Shown piece after piece: positions 48,329-61,323 of a stretch of DNA of 64,000 nt; positions within the stretch are counted from its first letter, which is position 1; each line of letters opens with the position of its first letter. The DNA is from Eledone cirrhosa (Eukaryota), in the NCBI GenBank assembly GCA_964016885.1, contig CAXHJY010000304.1, positions 62,001 to 126,000 of the forward strand, written 5' to 3'. A model generated the notes under the pieces. It saw only the letters and a list, made by a program, of their open reading frames with translations, was not told where the DNA came from and did not search any database. The position numbers and the translations under genes were made by a program.

Positions 48329-49678
48329 ATTGTGCAGGCTGGTGAGCAACTGCTGTTATCTGGTGATGTAACAACTAGTTTCCCACCAAGGGCCAACAAA
48401 GTCAAACTACTACGGTGTATTGACAGTAAAGGGGAAAATGTCTACCTTCCATTTGAGGAAAGAGGAATGTTTTCATCAATATATTCAGGAGACATTTACA
48501 CAGGAGTACTTCAGATTCAAGACATCATCCAAAAATATCGTTTGCCATTAACTGTTAAACTAGTGCATGGCATTTGGCCTAAGGTTGAGAAAGAACGTTT
48601 CACTGGTTTAATCCGGCTAGATTGGGTTTATGTCGATGAGACAGCATTTGTGTGCCCTTTTGAAAAAGATACTATTCGTATGATTCCTGTCCCTATAGAT
48701 GCTCCACTACAAGTGGCCCCCTCAGCTAATTTCAAATCTTTAACCGAGAAAGAATTGTATGAAAAAATTCATTCGAAATGTTCCCGAATGGTGTCTAACT
48801 ACAACAGCACAATACATCTCATAGTGAATGTACCAAATGCTGTTGCAAGGTGTTTCAGCAACAAACTGTCACGGAATGCATTCTCTCAGGCAATTAATCA
48901 GGAGTCCAAGACAAAGCTGATCTCCAAGAAAAAAGAAGATAGGCTGATGGATGAAATCGATGATATATACCATTATGTCCGTGATGGTGGTGTAGCACCC
49001 AAGTCAAAGTTTACTTATGATTCTGATGAAGAAAGCTATTGGGAAGAACCAGCCTATGAACCTATTGACAACTTCCAGCAACGCCTTAAAGCTATTCAAT
49101 CAGGAGAGCAAGTTCAACACCATGAGAAATACCAGCCTACTGATACAGCCAAACTTGGCTTCAGAGCAACTCAAAAAAGCACTAATGAAAATACCACAAA
49201 TAATTTCCATAACTCTCAGAGATCAAAGGTTAGTTCCAAGGATAGCAGTTCCAAGGAATGGCAAACCCAGACAAACGAACAACTTAACTTGTCCCAAATT
49301 AAACCTCAAATAGAGAGAATCACAGATAACCAAAAGTTATCAATGAGTATCACTAATATCACTCCTGATTTATCATTGGGTATTGGCGGCAACAGAGACT
49401 CTACTAAAACAGCTCGTAGTGATGACCCACCCCCTATACCACCACGCCACTACAGAAGGTCTGGATCTTTTCCTTTGTTGGATACCTCACCGATTCTAAA
49501 AATGGTACAATCTACAAGTGATTGGCACCTGGCACAATCTTCAAAGTCAAATTACAAGGATTCAAATACAACTAACAGCCTGAAGAGCTCGAAAACTTCC
49601 TCCCATAACAAGGCTTTGGGAAAATCAGCATATTTTGTCAAACACTTGAACAAAAAACAACAGACAATGTTTTTATAA
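48329..49678 (+). CDS. Coding exon 2 (449 aa plus stop) of the same CABIT-domain gene
   Basis: Acceptor TTTTTATTGTTGTTTCAG|ATT, phase 0; GEQLLL...LLRC...VYLPFEERGMFS...LPLTVKLVHG continue CABIT; Tyr motifs DDIYHYV and SYWEEPAYEPI; PPPIPPR; AATAAA at 49740 and 49889. Confidence 0.8.
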   Translation: MVQAGEQLLLSGDVTTSFPPRANKVKLLRCIDSKGENVYLPFEERGMFSSIYSGDIYTGVLQIQDIIQKYRLPLTVKLVHGIWPKVEKERFTGLIRLDWVYVDETAFVCPFEKDTIRMIPVPIDAPLQVAPSANFKSLTEKELYEKIHSKCSRMVSNYNSTIHLIVNVPNAVARCFSNKLSRNAFSQAINQESKTKLISKKKEDRLMDEIDDIYHYVRDGGVAPKSKFTYDSDEESYWEEPAYEPIDNFQQRLKAIQSGEQVQHHEKYQPTDTAKLGFRATQKSTNENTTNNFHNSQRSKVSSKDSSSKEWQTQTNEQLNLSQIKPQIERITDNQKLSMSITNITPDLSLGIGGNRDSTKTARSDDPPPIPPRHYRRSGSFPLLDTSPILKMVQSTSDWHLAQSSKSNYKDSNTTNSLKSSKTSSHNKALGKSAYFVKHLNKKQQTMFL

Positions 49679-49965
49679 CAAATCTTTATTTTTCTATACT
49701 TTATGGAATCATTGGTAACACACAAATTCAGAGTATTTTAATAAAACCATTTCCACCATTTAATTTGCTCAACTAATACTCATTTAGTCTCTCCATTTTT
49801 CTATTCGTTTATTTATCAATCTCTCTCTCTTCCTCTTTCTTCCTCTCTATTCTTACTTCCCTTTCTCTCTTTCATGTGTGAAGAGTCCAATAAAGGAGCT
49901 TTCACATCATGGCCTCCATCAATGTATTCCCGACCACCACACTGCAGACATGAAAAGAAAGAATT

Positions 49966-52900
49966 CATCATCATCATCATCATCATCTTCGTTTAACGTC
50001 CATATTCCACGCTAGCATGGGTTTGGACGGGAGTTTTCCCACTTGAGGCAAGAGTGGTTGTCTTGCTCGCATAGGACTGTCTGGCGGGTTTTCTATGGCT
50101 GGATGCCCTTCCTAACACCAACCACATTTACAGTGTGGAACTGGGAGGTTTTTACCGTGTTACCTACACGGCCACATTACAGCGTGGACTGTGTGTTTGT
50201 TTGTCATGACACCTACACGACCTCATTTGTTTCGGGCTGGATGTTGTGGTACCAACATAACTTTACATTGAAAGGGGTGGTGTGGATGGTGTGGGGGTAG
50301 TGAGACGGGGTGTATTTTGTTACTGACTGTAGTAGGTTTCAGTTTGCACTTAGGTAAGGCGGGTCTTCTCTATTACTGTGTAGCGCCAAAGATCTCGGTC
50401 CAGTGACATTGTCTTGGAGAGGTGTAAGTGTGTGAGGTCGGAATTTATCAAGTCGTCCCAGGTTTTTCTGGGTCTACCTACTCTGTGGCTACTGTCTATC
50501 TTTATTGCCCTGCACTTTTTTATACAGCTGTCTTCTTTCATGCGCATCACGTGACCATACCAACGTTGTCTTCTCTCGAGTAAACAACATCTGATCCCTC
50601 TTATTTCTAATTTCTCCCTTAGTTCGTTTATGCTTTGCCGTTCACGTATATTACTATTACACATCCAGCGGAGCATGCAAGCTTCGTTTCTCTCCAGTCT
50701 GCGTATATGCTCTGCACACAATGCCCAGGTCTCACTGCCATGTAACATTACTGTTCGTATGCAGGAATCATACAGCCTGCCTTTCATTTTTAGAGAGAAT
50801 CCTTTAGCGGCCAATAGTGGTATAAGCTCTCTGAACTTTTTCCATCCCGTTCTGACTCTAGCTACTGTACTTTCAGAGCACCCTCCCCCATTGCTGATTT
50901 TATCACCCAGGTAACGGAAGCTGTCCACTATTTCTATAGAACCATCTGTGCAATGGAATGAGTAAGTATTCTGTGGGCACTTGCTGCTACTTATTGCACC
51001 AGAGCACCGGCCACATATAAAATTTATATTCTTAGTTAGTTTACCTGTGATCCCACTACATCTTTTATGTACCCATACTTTGCTTTTGGGACATAAAATG
51101 GAGTTTCTACCTACTCCTTTCCTATACACTGAGCATGGCCATTTCCCAGATGGGACCGGTGCCCTATTTTCCTTCCTACAAATTAGAACTTTAGTCTTAG
51201 ACAAGTTAACTTTAAGGCCTTTTGATTCTAGGCCATGCTTCCATGTTTGGAATTTCTTCTCTAGTTCAGCCATTGATTCAGCTATGAGCGTTAGATCATC
51301 TGCATATAGGAGTTCCCATGGGCAGCCGGTCTTGAACTCCACTGTTATAGCCTGAAGGGCAATAATAAATAGTAGGGGGCTAAGGACGGAGCTCTGATGA
51401 ACACCAACTTTTACGCTAAACTCTTCACTATATTCGTTGTTAATTCTAACCTTGCTGACTGTTTCTTTATACATGGCTTGTATAGCTCTCACAAGCCATT
51501 CATCAACACCTGGTTTTCTAAGGGCCCACCAGATAATCGAGCGGGGTACTCTGTCGAAGGCTTTCTCCAAGTCAACAAAAGCTAAGTATAGGGGTTTACT
51601 TTTAGCTAGGTACTTCTCCTGTAGTTGTCGTACAATGAAAAGGGCGTCTGTTGTACTTTTACCTGACACAAACCCGAACTGCATTTCGTCTAGATCAATT
51701 TGCTCTCTGATTAGTTGCGCTATTACTTTTTCTGTGACCTTCATGACCTGGTCAATTAATTTAATGCCTCTCTAGTTTCCCCTATCTAGGGCATCACCTT
51801 TACCCTTGTAGCAGTTAATGATGATGCTGCTGCGCCAGTCCTTCGGAACGACCCCATTCTGTATGACTTTATTTACTATCCGCGTGACCATAGTGTGTCC
51901 CACCGTTCCAGATGCTTTCAGCATTTCGGCAATTATTTCCGAAGGCCCAGTCACCTTGCCCGTCTTCATGTCTTTGATCGCCTTACTTATTATACTACCT
52001 TCGACTAACACTGCTGGTCCCTCTATTGGGTCGATGTGGGGGAGACTGTCTTTCTCCCAATTATTCTCCTCATTTAGTAGCCTTTCGTAGTGACACTTCC
52101 AAGCTACCTTCTTATCAGCGTCAGTGATAGCAAGTACACCATCATCATTTAGGACACACTTCTCCCCGACAATATCACTGTTTTCCTTGACACAATGCCT
52201 AGCAATCCTGAACACCTCACGTTTTTGGTCCTCGCGTTGTAGAACATGCTTGAACTTTCTCTCCTCTGCTTCCCTTCTTGCAAAGTACACTTGTCTCCTA
52301 GCTTCCCTCCTGGCCACTTGATAGTCTTCTCTACTTCCCCCATCCCGCCATGCTTTCCAAGCCTGCTTTTTGGCCTTGATTGACCTCTCCACCTTACTGT
52401 TCCACCACCAAGTTACTCTCCTCCTGCCTATAGGCCTGCTCCAGCCACAGGTTTCATCTGTCGCCTTCAGCAGGTTAGCTTTCAGGAATTCCCACTGTTC
52501 CTCTATATTGTACGACTCTAATTGCTCTTCCTTACTATCAAAAGCATCAAGTAATATGCTTTTAAATTTATGACTGGCTGTGGGGTCCTTTAATTTCCAG
52601 ATTTTTCCCCTGAGGATAGTTCTCTTCTGTTGTCGAATACGTCTTGTCCTGACTATGAGGTCGCTAATTATGAGTCTATGTTGAGACGTGCATTCTTCAT
52701 GTGGGAGGGATTTAGTGTTTACAACAGACACTCTGTCACGTCTCCTGGTAAGGATATAATCTACCTGGCTTGTGTGTACCCCCGATCTATAGGTGATCAA
52801 GTGATTGTCTCGTTTTTTGAAGTTAGTGTTACAGATAGTTAGGTTATTTGCGTCACAGAATTCCAGGATTCTGGAGCCTTCCTCATTTCTAGTACCAAAC

Positions 52901-54150
52901 CCATAGCCTCCATGGATTCCGTCATAACCGTCACAATGTTGTCCAACGTGACCATTTAGGTTGCCAGCAATAATTATATAGTCACTGTCGGTTATTTGGG
53001 AGGTAGTGAGCATCAGTGTCTCATAGAATCTGTCTTTTATAGTATCGAGCAGTCCGGATTGGGGTGCGTACGCAGATATTACTGTCACCGTAGTTCTATT
53101 GAGGGCAAGTCTTATTTTAATTATTCTGTCGTTCACTCTATTTACGTCTATTATCTTATCTGCCCACTTTTCTGCTACCATGAATCCTACTCCACCCAGC
53201 CCATTGTCATTTCCCACCCAGAGAAGCTTATAGCATCGTTCTTTACCCACGATGAATCTAGCAAACCCACCCCTCCACTTGGTCTCTTGAATACAACAAA
53301 CATCGACCTCCTTACGTTCAAGCATTTCTACAACCTCGTTAGAGCGACCCTTTAAGGTGCCTACATTCATGGTACCAACTCTGAAGTTTTGGATTGCGTT
53401 TGGAGGGTGGGAGCGGTGGGGCGCAGGGGGAATGGGGGAGATGGAGTTATGTTAGCCATCCGCGGCCGAAACAAAGAGGAGGAGTCCTTGCATTCTCGTC
53501 CATGAGGTGAATTTGTCTTTATCTTTGGCATTGTCACTGAACGTCCAGATTTTTTCTTTTCAACTCTCCAGAATTCCGTAGTCCATCCATCATATCGAAA
53601 GGCAACCAGGTAAGCGATAGCATAGGCTGCTGACTTATGATTGGCCCACGTAATAATGGTGGCGGGGAGGAGGGATATTGGGTAGTTAGCGAGAAGGTTA
53701 AGGTTTAAATAAGATCCCCGTATTTTGGGCATAATTTAACAAGCATAAAACAATAATACAAGATTTGTTTTGAAAAATACGCTAGAAGTATCGAGTAGAA
53801 AAGCAAAGATTGGATTCGGGGAGAAATGATACAGAATGATGAATGGACTAAGGAATTAAAATGGTGAGAAGAGTGAAGAAATATTTGTACGTTACATTAC
53901 ACCATGTATGATAGCAGCCATCCTGAATAGGATTGGCGATTTTGAGGTTTCGTACTTGCAGGATTTATTTTATATTTGGAGAGAGGGGAAGGGATTGGCG
54001 GCGAACCAGCATGATATAGGGGGGGGGAGATAGGAGGGAGCAGAGGTTAAGAGTTTAAATAAAGTCCTCGAATTGGGGGCATAATTTAGCCAGCATAACA
54101 AAATATATTTAAAAATATATAAGAAGTTTTGTTTTGAAAAATACGACCAT
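49966..54150 (-). mobile_element. Near-full-length RTE LINE, subfamily C, inactivated
   Basis: APE and RT ORF 50350-53370 broken by an in-frame TAG at 51772-51774; GDFN>GNLN; PHD cysteine losses; (CAT)n tail; 5' end approximate and no TSD found. Confidence 0.88.
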
Positions 54151-55439
54151 GTTGATAATTAGTCTAGATTACATGTATCTTACAACAATTTCTCAAGGAA
54201 CCCTACTCTGAGAATCAGGTTGATGATTTAGAAATGTTCCCATGGAGCCCCAAATCTAACCACTTGTATAACTGGTTGAGGGCTGAGAGAAGTGAGTTTA
54301 TAACATACCATAACCCCTAACTCCTGATCTAAACACCTGTGTAACTGGTTGAAGGTTGAGAGAAATGGGTTTGTAAGATACCCAAACCCTAACCCTAGCC
54401 CTAACCATACCCTGCCCGCTGTGAATATTATAAAATTCCTCCCTGATCCACTATCATATTTGGCTTTATTTCAGTACTTTCCTATACAACCTATGTGAAG
54501 GTTATAGCTTAGTGATTAGGCTGTTCAACTTACAATCACAATGTTATGAGTTTGATTCCTCGCAGCATGTTATGTTCTTGAGCAAGACATTTTATTTCAC
54601 TTTGTTCTTGTCCACTCAGCTAACAAAAATGAGTTCTACCCTTGTTTCAATGGGGCAGCCTCAGCACACATTCTATCATGCTGAATCTTCCATAGATGTT
54701 AATTTCACAAACAGCCCATTCCATTGTTTCAACAGCTAAGATACTTATTGTCAGAACCGATGGAGGGCCAACACACACACACACCACAATATCAGACCTG
54801 AGCAATTTCTCTGTACCTAACCCCCTGTGTAACTGATTAAAGAGAAGGCAGAAATGCTTTTGTGAGACAACCCTTCCTCCTCTTCATCCTCCTCCTCCTC
54901 ATTTTATATCTGCTTCCTGTGATAGCATGGATGGGATGGGTTGTTACAAATTGAGTCAGCTCTTATTCAAAGTTACTGCCTTCCGAGATGAGTCAAAAGA
55001 CATCTTGTTCATACATTCTGATTTTTGGCATGGCTGCTATGACTTGTGCCCTTTCTTACACCAACTACTTAAAGTGTACTGGGTACACTTTATCATGGCA
55101 CCAGCATTAGGGAGATTGTCATAGCCTTAACAAGACTAATGAGTTCTCTCTACCTTACATTGTCTCCATTTGGTCAGCAACCGTGTTACAGGGTGTCTGG
55201 GGGCATTTTATCAAGGCATCAGGGAGGTTGTCATGTTCTCAACAATATGTTTGGAACGTAACTTAACAAAGGTTCTTAGATAAAGTTATGGTGAAAGATT
55301 TTTAGATTAAGATAAATACATTAACTCTTTCATTATCATATTTCAAATGAAAGACTGCCTATTATTTTCAATTAATTTTGAAAATAATCAAGAATTTGGA
55401 GGGACTTAGTAATATAACTTCCTCATTATTAGGAAGGTG

Positions 55440-55762
55440 ATTAAATCCCGCCAAGATTAGCTTTGCCTTTCATCCTTATCGAGTCGATAAAATAAAGTAC
55501 CAGTAATGCACTGGGGTCGATTTAATCAACTTTCCTCTCCCCCAAAATTTTTGGCCTTGTGCCTAAATCAGAAACCGTGGATTGGCAGTATCGGTAGAGG
55601 GTCGGACGCCATGCTTTGATGCATTGAGTTACGGCCCTTGCCATTCTGAGTTCAAATCGTTCCGAGGTTAACTTTGGCTTTCATCCTTACGGGGTCGATA
55701 AAATAAAGTACCAGTAATACACTGGCATAATAGCTGGCCTTGTGCCAAAAGTAGAAACAATT
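55440..55762 (+). mobile_element. Tandem family-1 SINEs (truncated variant plus near-full copy)
   Basis: Two copies of the GTCGATAAAATAAAGTACCAG core. Confidence 0.8.
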
Positions 55763-56397
55763 ATTAGGAAGATGATTGGAAAATAACTTAAAGGTTCTGA
55801 CATAGATTGGAAAATAACTTAAAGGTTCTGACATAGAATTATGATGGAAGGGTTTTACATAAACACTTTAAAATAAACAGATTTGCATCACAGACAAGAG
55901 AGTGGTTTCAAGCATATTGGTATCAAAAATATTCATATATGCCCCCCCCCCCCCTCCCCCAACTAAATTCAAATATAATTTCATCCCCTTCCTTAATACA
56001 TATATGTTCGCATCACACCCCCACCCCACCACAAATTAATACAAATATTTCCTCATAACCACCACCACCACTAATTAATTCAAGTATAGTTTCACCACCT
56101 GCTTAATTAATTAACTTAAGATCACAATCGTTTTTTTCCTTTACTAATAATAAATCAATTTATTTCAGTAAATAATCTCTCTCTTCTTTCTCTTCCTTTC
56201 TCTCTCTCTCCCACCTTCCTCTCTCTTTCATATCTCTCTCGTTTCTCTCTCCCTCTCTCTTCCATCTCTCTCTCGTTTCTCTCTCCCACCTCTCCCTCCC
56301 CTCCTCCTCCACTATCTCCCTCCAACCCCTTCTTTCTTTACCTTCATCTTTCTCTATTTTTCTCTCTGTCTTTCTAGCAACCTTCCCCATTTCTTAA

Positions 56398-56455
<58 letters not shown>

Positions 56456-56570
56456 TCTCTCATTTCTCTCTCTCTCTGTCTCCCTCACTCACCTCTCTCT
56501 CTTTTTCCTCTCCCACATCTCTCTCCTCTCTGTCTCCCTCACTCACCTCTCTCTCTGTGCCCCTCACTTA

Positions 56571-56601
<31 letters not shown>

Positions 56602-56625
56602 TTATATATATATATATTATATATA

Positions 56626-57543
56626 TAATAAAATGAGTCCCTCATCAGTGATTTGCCGACGATCATAGATATTTCATTGCATTAAAAATCATATACCTCA
56701 CGTCGGTGCAATAATAACCAAAATAAGTTATTAGGACAATTGAAACGCGTAAAGCGAGTGAGACAGGAGAACAACAAAGAGTATAGCTAACCATAGGGGA
56801 AAGAAACAAGCTTCAAAATTATTCTGTTTAGCATAAGCTAGGTGAATATATGAGCGCTTTTAGAAAAAAGACCTGACACGAACGATGGCCATGTGAGAAG
56901 AGAGAAAAATATAGCCTTCGTCGTGTACAGGATGAAGCGAAGAGAAGAGAAACAGTGAGTGAGTGAAAGTGTGAGGAAGAGCTAACTGACATGACAGAGG
57001 GGGCGAAAGAAAGTAGGAGAAACAGAGAGAATGGGGAGGAACAGTAAGAGAGAGAGAGAAAAAACACAGAATCGCAGTTTGGGTAAATATATGTAATAAA
57101 TATAGAGAAAAATACTGCAGGCCCCTCTGTCATGTCAGTTAGCTCTTCCTCACACTTTCACTCACTCACTGTTTCTCTTCTCTTTCGCTTCATCCTGTAC
57201 ACGACGAAGGCTATATTTTTCTCTCTTCTCACATGGCCATCGTTCGTGTCAGGTCTTTTTTCTAAAAGCGCTCATATATTCACCTAGCTTATGCTAAACA
57301 GAATCATTTTGAAGCTTGTTTCTTTCCCCTATGGTTAGCTATACTCTTTGTTGTTCTCCTGTCTCACTCGCTTTACGCGTTTCAATTGTCCTAATAACTT
57401 ATTTTGGTTATTATTGCACCGACGTGAGGTATATGATTTTTAATGCAATGAAATATCTATGATCGTCGGCAAATCACTGATGAGGGACTCATTTTATTAC
57501 ATGTTATCCATGTGCTACCTGCAGTATTTTTCTCTATATTTAT

Positions 57544-57550
<7 letters not shown>
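56626..57550. repeat. Long inverted repeat (arms of about 377 bp, 56626-57002 / 57122-57499) with nested tandem continuation
   Basis: Arms near-identical; 57518-57550 is the reverse complement of the spacer end 57089-57121. Confidence 0.9.
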
Positions 57551-57579
<29 letters not shown>

Positions 57580-58198
57580 AGTGGAAGCTTAGTAAAATCG
57601 AAGCTTTGGCTGTGGGCAAGCAAAGTCGACCTACAATATGAATGAGTTAGCAAAGCACTCAATAAAGGTAGGTCCTTAGAGTAATAACATACGTTTAAAT
57701 AGCTTGACAAATTGAACATTGTCGTAGGCAAAACCCAACACACAATACCAAAGTAACGAAAGAACTAACAGGTTAAAAATGTATATATATATATCACACA
57801 CATTCATCACCACTCTCTTCAGGACAAAACTTGTTTTGTCAGTTTTGTCAGACCATCAGACCATCAGTTTCTTTACCTATCTCTCTCTATCTCTCTATCT
57901 CTCTATCTCTCCCTCTCTATTTCTCCCTCTCTATCTGTCTGTCCATCTATCTATCTATTTGCCTGTCTAACAATCTGTCTGTTCATCTCCCATATATTTA
58001 CCTATCTATCTATCCACCTACCTACCCACCTACCCCTGTCTATCTGTCTGTCTGACTGTCTATCTATAGCTAAATATTTATATATATATTTACCAATGTA
58101 TTTGTCATCAGACAAGAACAAAAGAAGGATCTATCTCTCAATATGTCTGTCTATTCTTCTATCTGCCTATCTCTCTACCTATATATATTTCAGTCAAT

Positions 58199-58271
<73 letters not shown>

Positions 58272-58368
58272 TCTCTCACACTCTCTCTCTGATGATGATG
58301 ATGATTTATATATATATATATATATATATATATCATCATCATCACATATATATATATATGGCTGTGTG

Positions 58369-58411
<43 letters not shown>

Positions 58412-58443
58412 TCATCACATATATATATATATGGTTGTGTGTA

Positions 58444-59696
58444 TCATCATCATCATCATCATCATCAACGTTTAACGTCCGTGTTCCACGCTTGCATGGG
58501 TTTGGACGGGGGTAGTCCCACTTGAGGCAAGAGTGATTGTCTTGCTCGCATAGGACTGTCTGGCAGGTTTTCTACAGTTGGATGCCCTTCCTAACACCAA
58601 CCACATTTACAGTGTGGGTCTGGGAAGTTTTTACCGTGTTGCCTACACAACCACATTACAGCGTGGACTGTGTGTTTTTTTGTCGTGACACCTACACGAT
58701 CTCATTTGTTTCGACCTGGATGGCGCGGCACCAACATAACTTTACATAGAACGGGGTGGTGTGGATGGGGTGGGGGTGGTGGTGGTGGGACGGGGTGTAT
58801 TTTGTTAGAGATGCCTACTGGCTGGAGTAGGTTTTACTATATATTTAGGTAAGGCGGGTCGTCTCTGTTACTGAGTACCGCCAAAGGTCTCGGTCCAGTG
58901 ACATTGTCTTGGAGAGGTGTAAGTGTGTGATGTCGGAGTTTATCAGCTCGTCCCAGGTTTTTCTAGGTCTGCCTATTCCGTGACTACTGTCTATCTTTAT
59001 TGCCCTGCACTTTGTTATACAGCTATCGGCTTTCATGCGCATCACGTGTCCATACCAACGTAGCCTTCTCTCGAGTAAACAACATCTGATCCCTCTTATC
59101 TCTAATTTTTTCCTTAGTTCGTTTATGCTTTGCCGTTCACGTATATTACTGTTACACATCCAGCGGAGCATGCAAGCTTCGTTCCTCTCCAGTCTGCGTA
59201 TATCCTCTGCACACAATGCCCAGGTCTCACTGCCATGCAACATTGCTGTTCGTATGCAGGCATCGTACAACCTGCCTTTCATTTTTAGGGAGAACCCTTT
59301 AGCAGCTAATAGTGGTATAAGCTCTCTGAACTTTTTCCAACCAGTTCTGACTCTAGCTACAGTACTTTCAGAGCACCCTCCCCCACTGCTGATTTTATCG
59401 CCCAGGTAATGGAAGCTGTCCACTATTTCTATAGAACCCTCTGCGCAATTGAAAGAGCTAGTATTTTGTGGGCCCTTGCTGCTACTTATTGCACCAGAAC
59501 ACCGGCCACATGTAAAATCTATGTTCTTAGTTAGCTTACCTGTGATCCCACTACATCTTTTATGCACCCATACTTTGCATTTAGGACATAAAATGGAGTT
59601 TCTACCTACGCCTTTCCTACACACCGAGCACGACCATTTCCCAGAAGGGACCGCCGCCTTGTTTTCTTTCCTACAAACTAGAACTTTGGTCTTAGC

Positions 59697-59697
<1 letters not shown>
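58444..59697 (-). mobile_element. 5'-truncated RTE subfamily C copy
   Basis: ORF 58845-59624 with intact PHD and RLRWYGHV; 3' UTR and (CAT)n. Confidence 0.9.
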
Positions 59698-59731
<34 letters not shown>

Positions 59732-59866
59732 AAAAAAAAAGAAAAGAATGACTTCACTTGTAGTGTTAAAAAATTTATGATTTAATGTTATAATATAATT
59801 GTTTCTATTTTTGGCACAAGGACAGCAATTACCCAGTGCATTACTCATTACTGGTACTTTATTTTA

Positions 59867-60388
59867 TTTAGACTAAAGAAATTTCTAGCCTGATAGTGGA
59901 GTTTATAACCCTCGGAGAAATGGAAAAAGATGAGTGTTGCCGTACATGGGAGTCGATCCGAGGGTTATAAACCCCACTATCAGGCTAGAAATTTCTTTAG
60001 TCTAAAATATGGTGAAAGCTTATAATTTTTAATTTCTAATTTCAAACTCGCGCACCGTTTCAAAAACATACTTACATGTTTACGTTTATAATTTGCTTGT
60101 TTATCATTCACTTGCTAAGTTCATAGCTTCTAATTCGAATGGAAGGAGACGGGATGTGTATTGGTGTAATGGTAACACAGTGGTCTGGATAACCAAAGAT
60201 GTGGGTTCGACTCCCATGTACGGCAACACTCATCTTTTTCCATTTCTCCGAGGGTTATAAACCCCACTATCAGGCTAGAAATTTCTTTAGTCTAAAATAC
60301 GGTGAAAGCTTATAATTTCTAATTTCTAATTTCAAACTCGCGCACCGTTTCAAAAACATACTTACATGTTTACGTTTATAATTTGCTT
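59867..60388. repeat. 290-bp tandem unit (1.5 copies) with an inverted segment, containing a tRNA-like sequence
   Basis: 59957-60098 repeats at 60247-60388; 59867-59956 is the reverse complement of about 60207-60296. Confidence 0.85.
60155..60225 (+). pseudogene. tRNA-like cloverleaf (anticodon loop CUGGAUA) with Pol III boxes and a T5 terminator; not a bona fide tRNA gene
   Basis: A box TGGTGTAATGG, D stem GTGT/ACAC, anticodon stem TGGT/ACCA, T arm GTGGG-TTCGACT-CCCAT, partly mismatched acceptor stem, TTTTT at 60235-60239. Confidence 0.6.
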
Positions 60389-60440
60389 ATATATATATAT
60401 ATATATTTGTGTATAGTGGTAGCTATGGTGCTTCCGTAGG

Positions 60441-60474
<34 letters not shown>

Positions 60475-60660
60475 GTGTATAGTGGTAGCTATGGTGCTTC
60501 GGTAGGCGATATATATATATATATATATATGCAAAGTTTTATTTAAATTGTTGGGTTAACAACGAGTAAATATTTATAACTGATATAAAAGCACTCAACA
60601 AGTATTTGGAGTATATTTACGATATTAAATAAATGGAAACTATATTTATAAAACCATATT

Positions 60661-60726
60661 TATTTCATTATATATATTTCAGGGATATCATATTAAAAAT
60701 ATGTTATGCCTTCTTCAGACAAAATA
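60661..60726 (-). ncRNA. Minimal type I hammerhead ribozyme motif downstream of the PLE ORF at 62295-63216
   Basis: UAUUUUGU-CUGAAGA-AGGCAUAACAUA...UAUGAUAUCCCU-GAAA-UAUAUA-UA-AUGAAAUA. Confidence 0.75.
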
Positions 60727-61323
60727 CAATATAAACAGTCTTATAAATAGATAGATTCGACATACCTTTCAACTTCGACTTCTATTTGAAAAGTTGATTT
60801 GGTAGTGAAAAAATATTAGGGACAGTTATAAAAAGAAAGAAAGAAAAACGAAGAAAAAGAAGAAATGCATGCAACTAAATAGAGAGAGATATAGAGAGAT
60901 AGATAGAGAGAAGAAATTCATGTAAAGAAACAGAGAGAGATATATAGAGAGAGGAAAAAAACACAGAGGGAGATAGATAGAGAGAGATAGAGAGAAGAGA
61001 TGAGAGAGAGAGAGAGAGAAAATATAGAGAGATAGATATAGATAGAGATAGAGAGAAAGAAAATAGGTAGTTGGGCACCAGTTGAATGACGTATCAATGA
61101 TATATTTATTTATTTATTTATTTATTTATTTAGCTCTAGTATTAATGTAGAGAGAGATATATGTGGTTAAGAGAGAAAACAGCCGTTACATAGAGAGAAA
61201 AGAAAAATATCCAGACATAACCGAGGCAGAATTAAAACACTATGTTTCATCAATGTAAAAAATATCAATTCGTATAAAACAGGCATTATATCAGTATTCA
61301 TGAATGAGACACGTATCAATAAT

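Noticed and set aside
54384-54407. Telomeric (CCCTAA)n
   Set aside because: Only about three imperfect units; too short to call an interstitial telomere
55774-55835. 31-bp direct repeat as a TSD
   Set aside because: Copies are adjacent with nothing between them; simple tandem duplication
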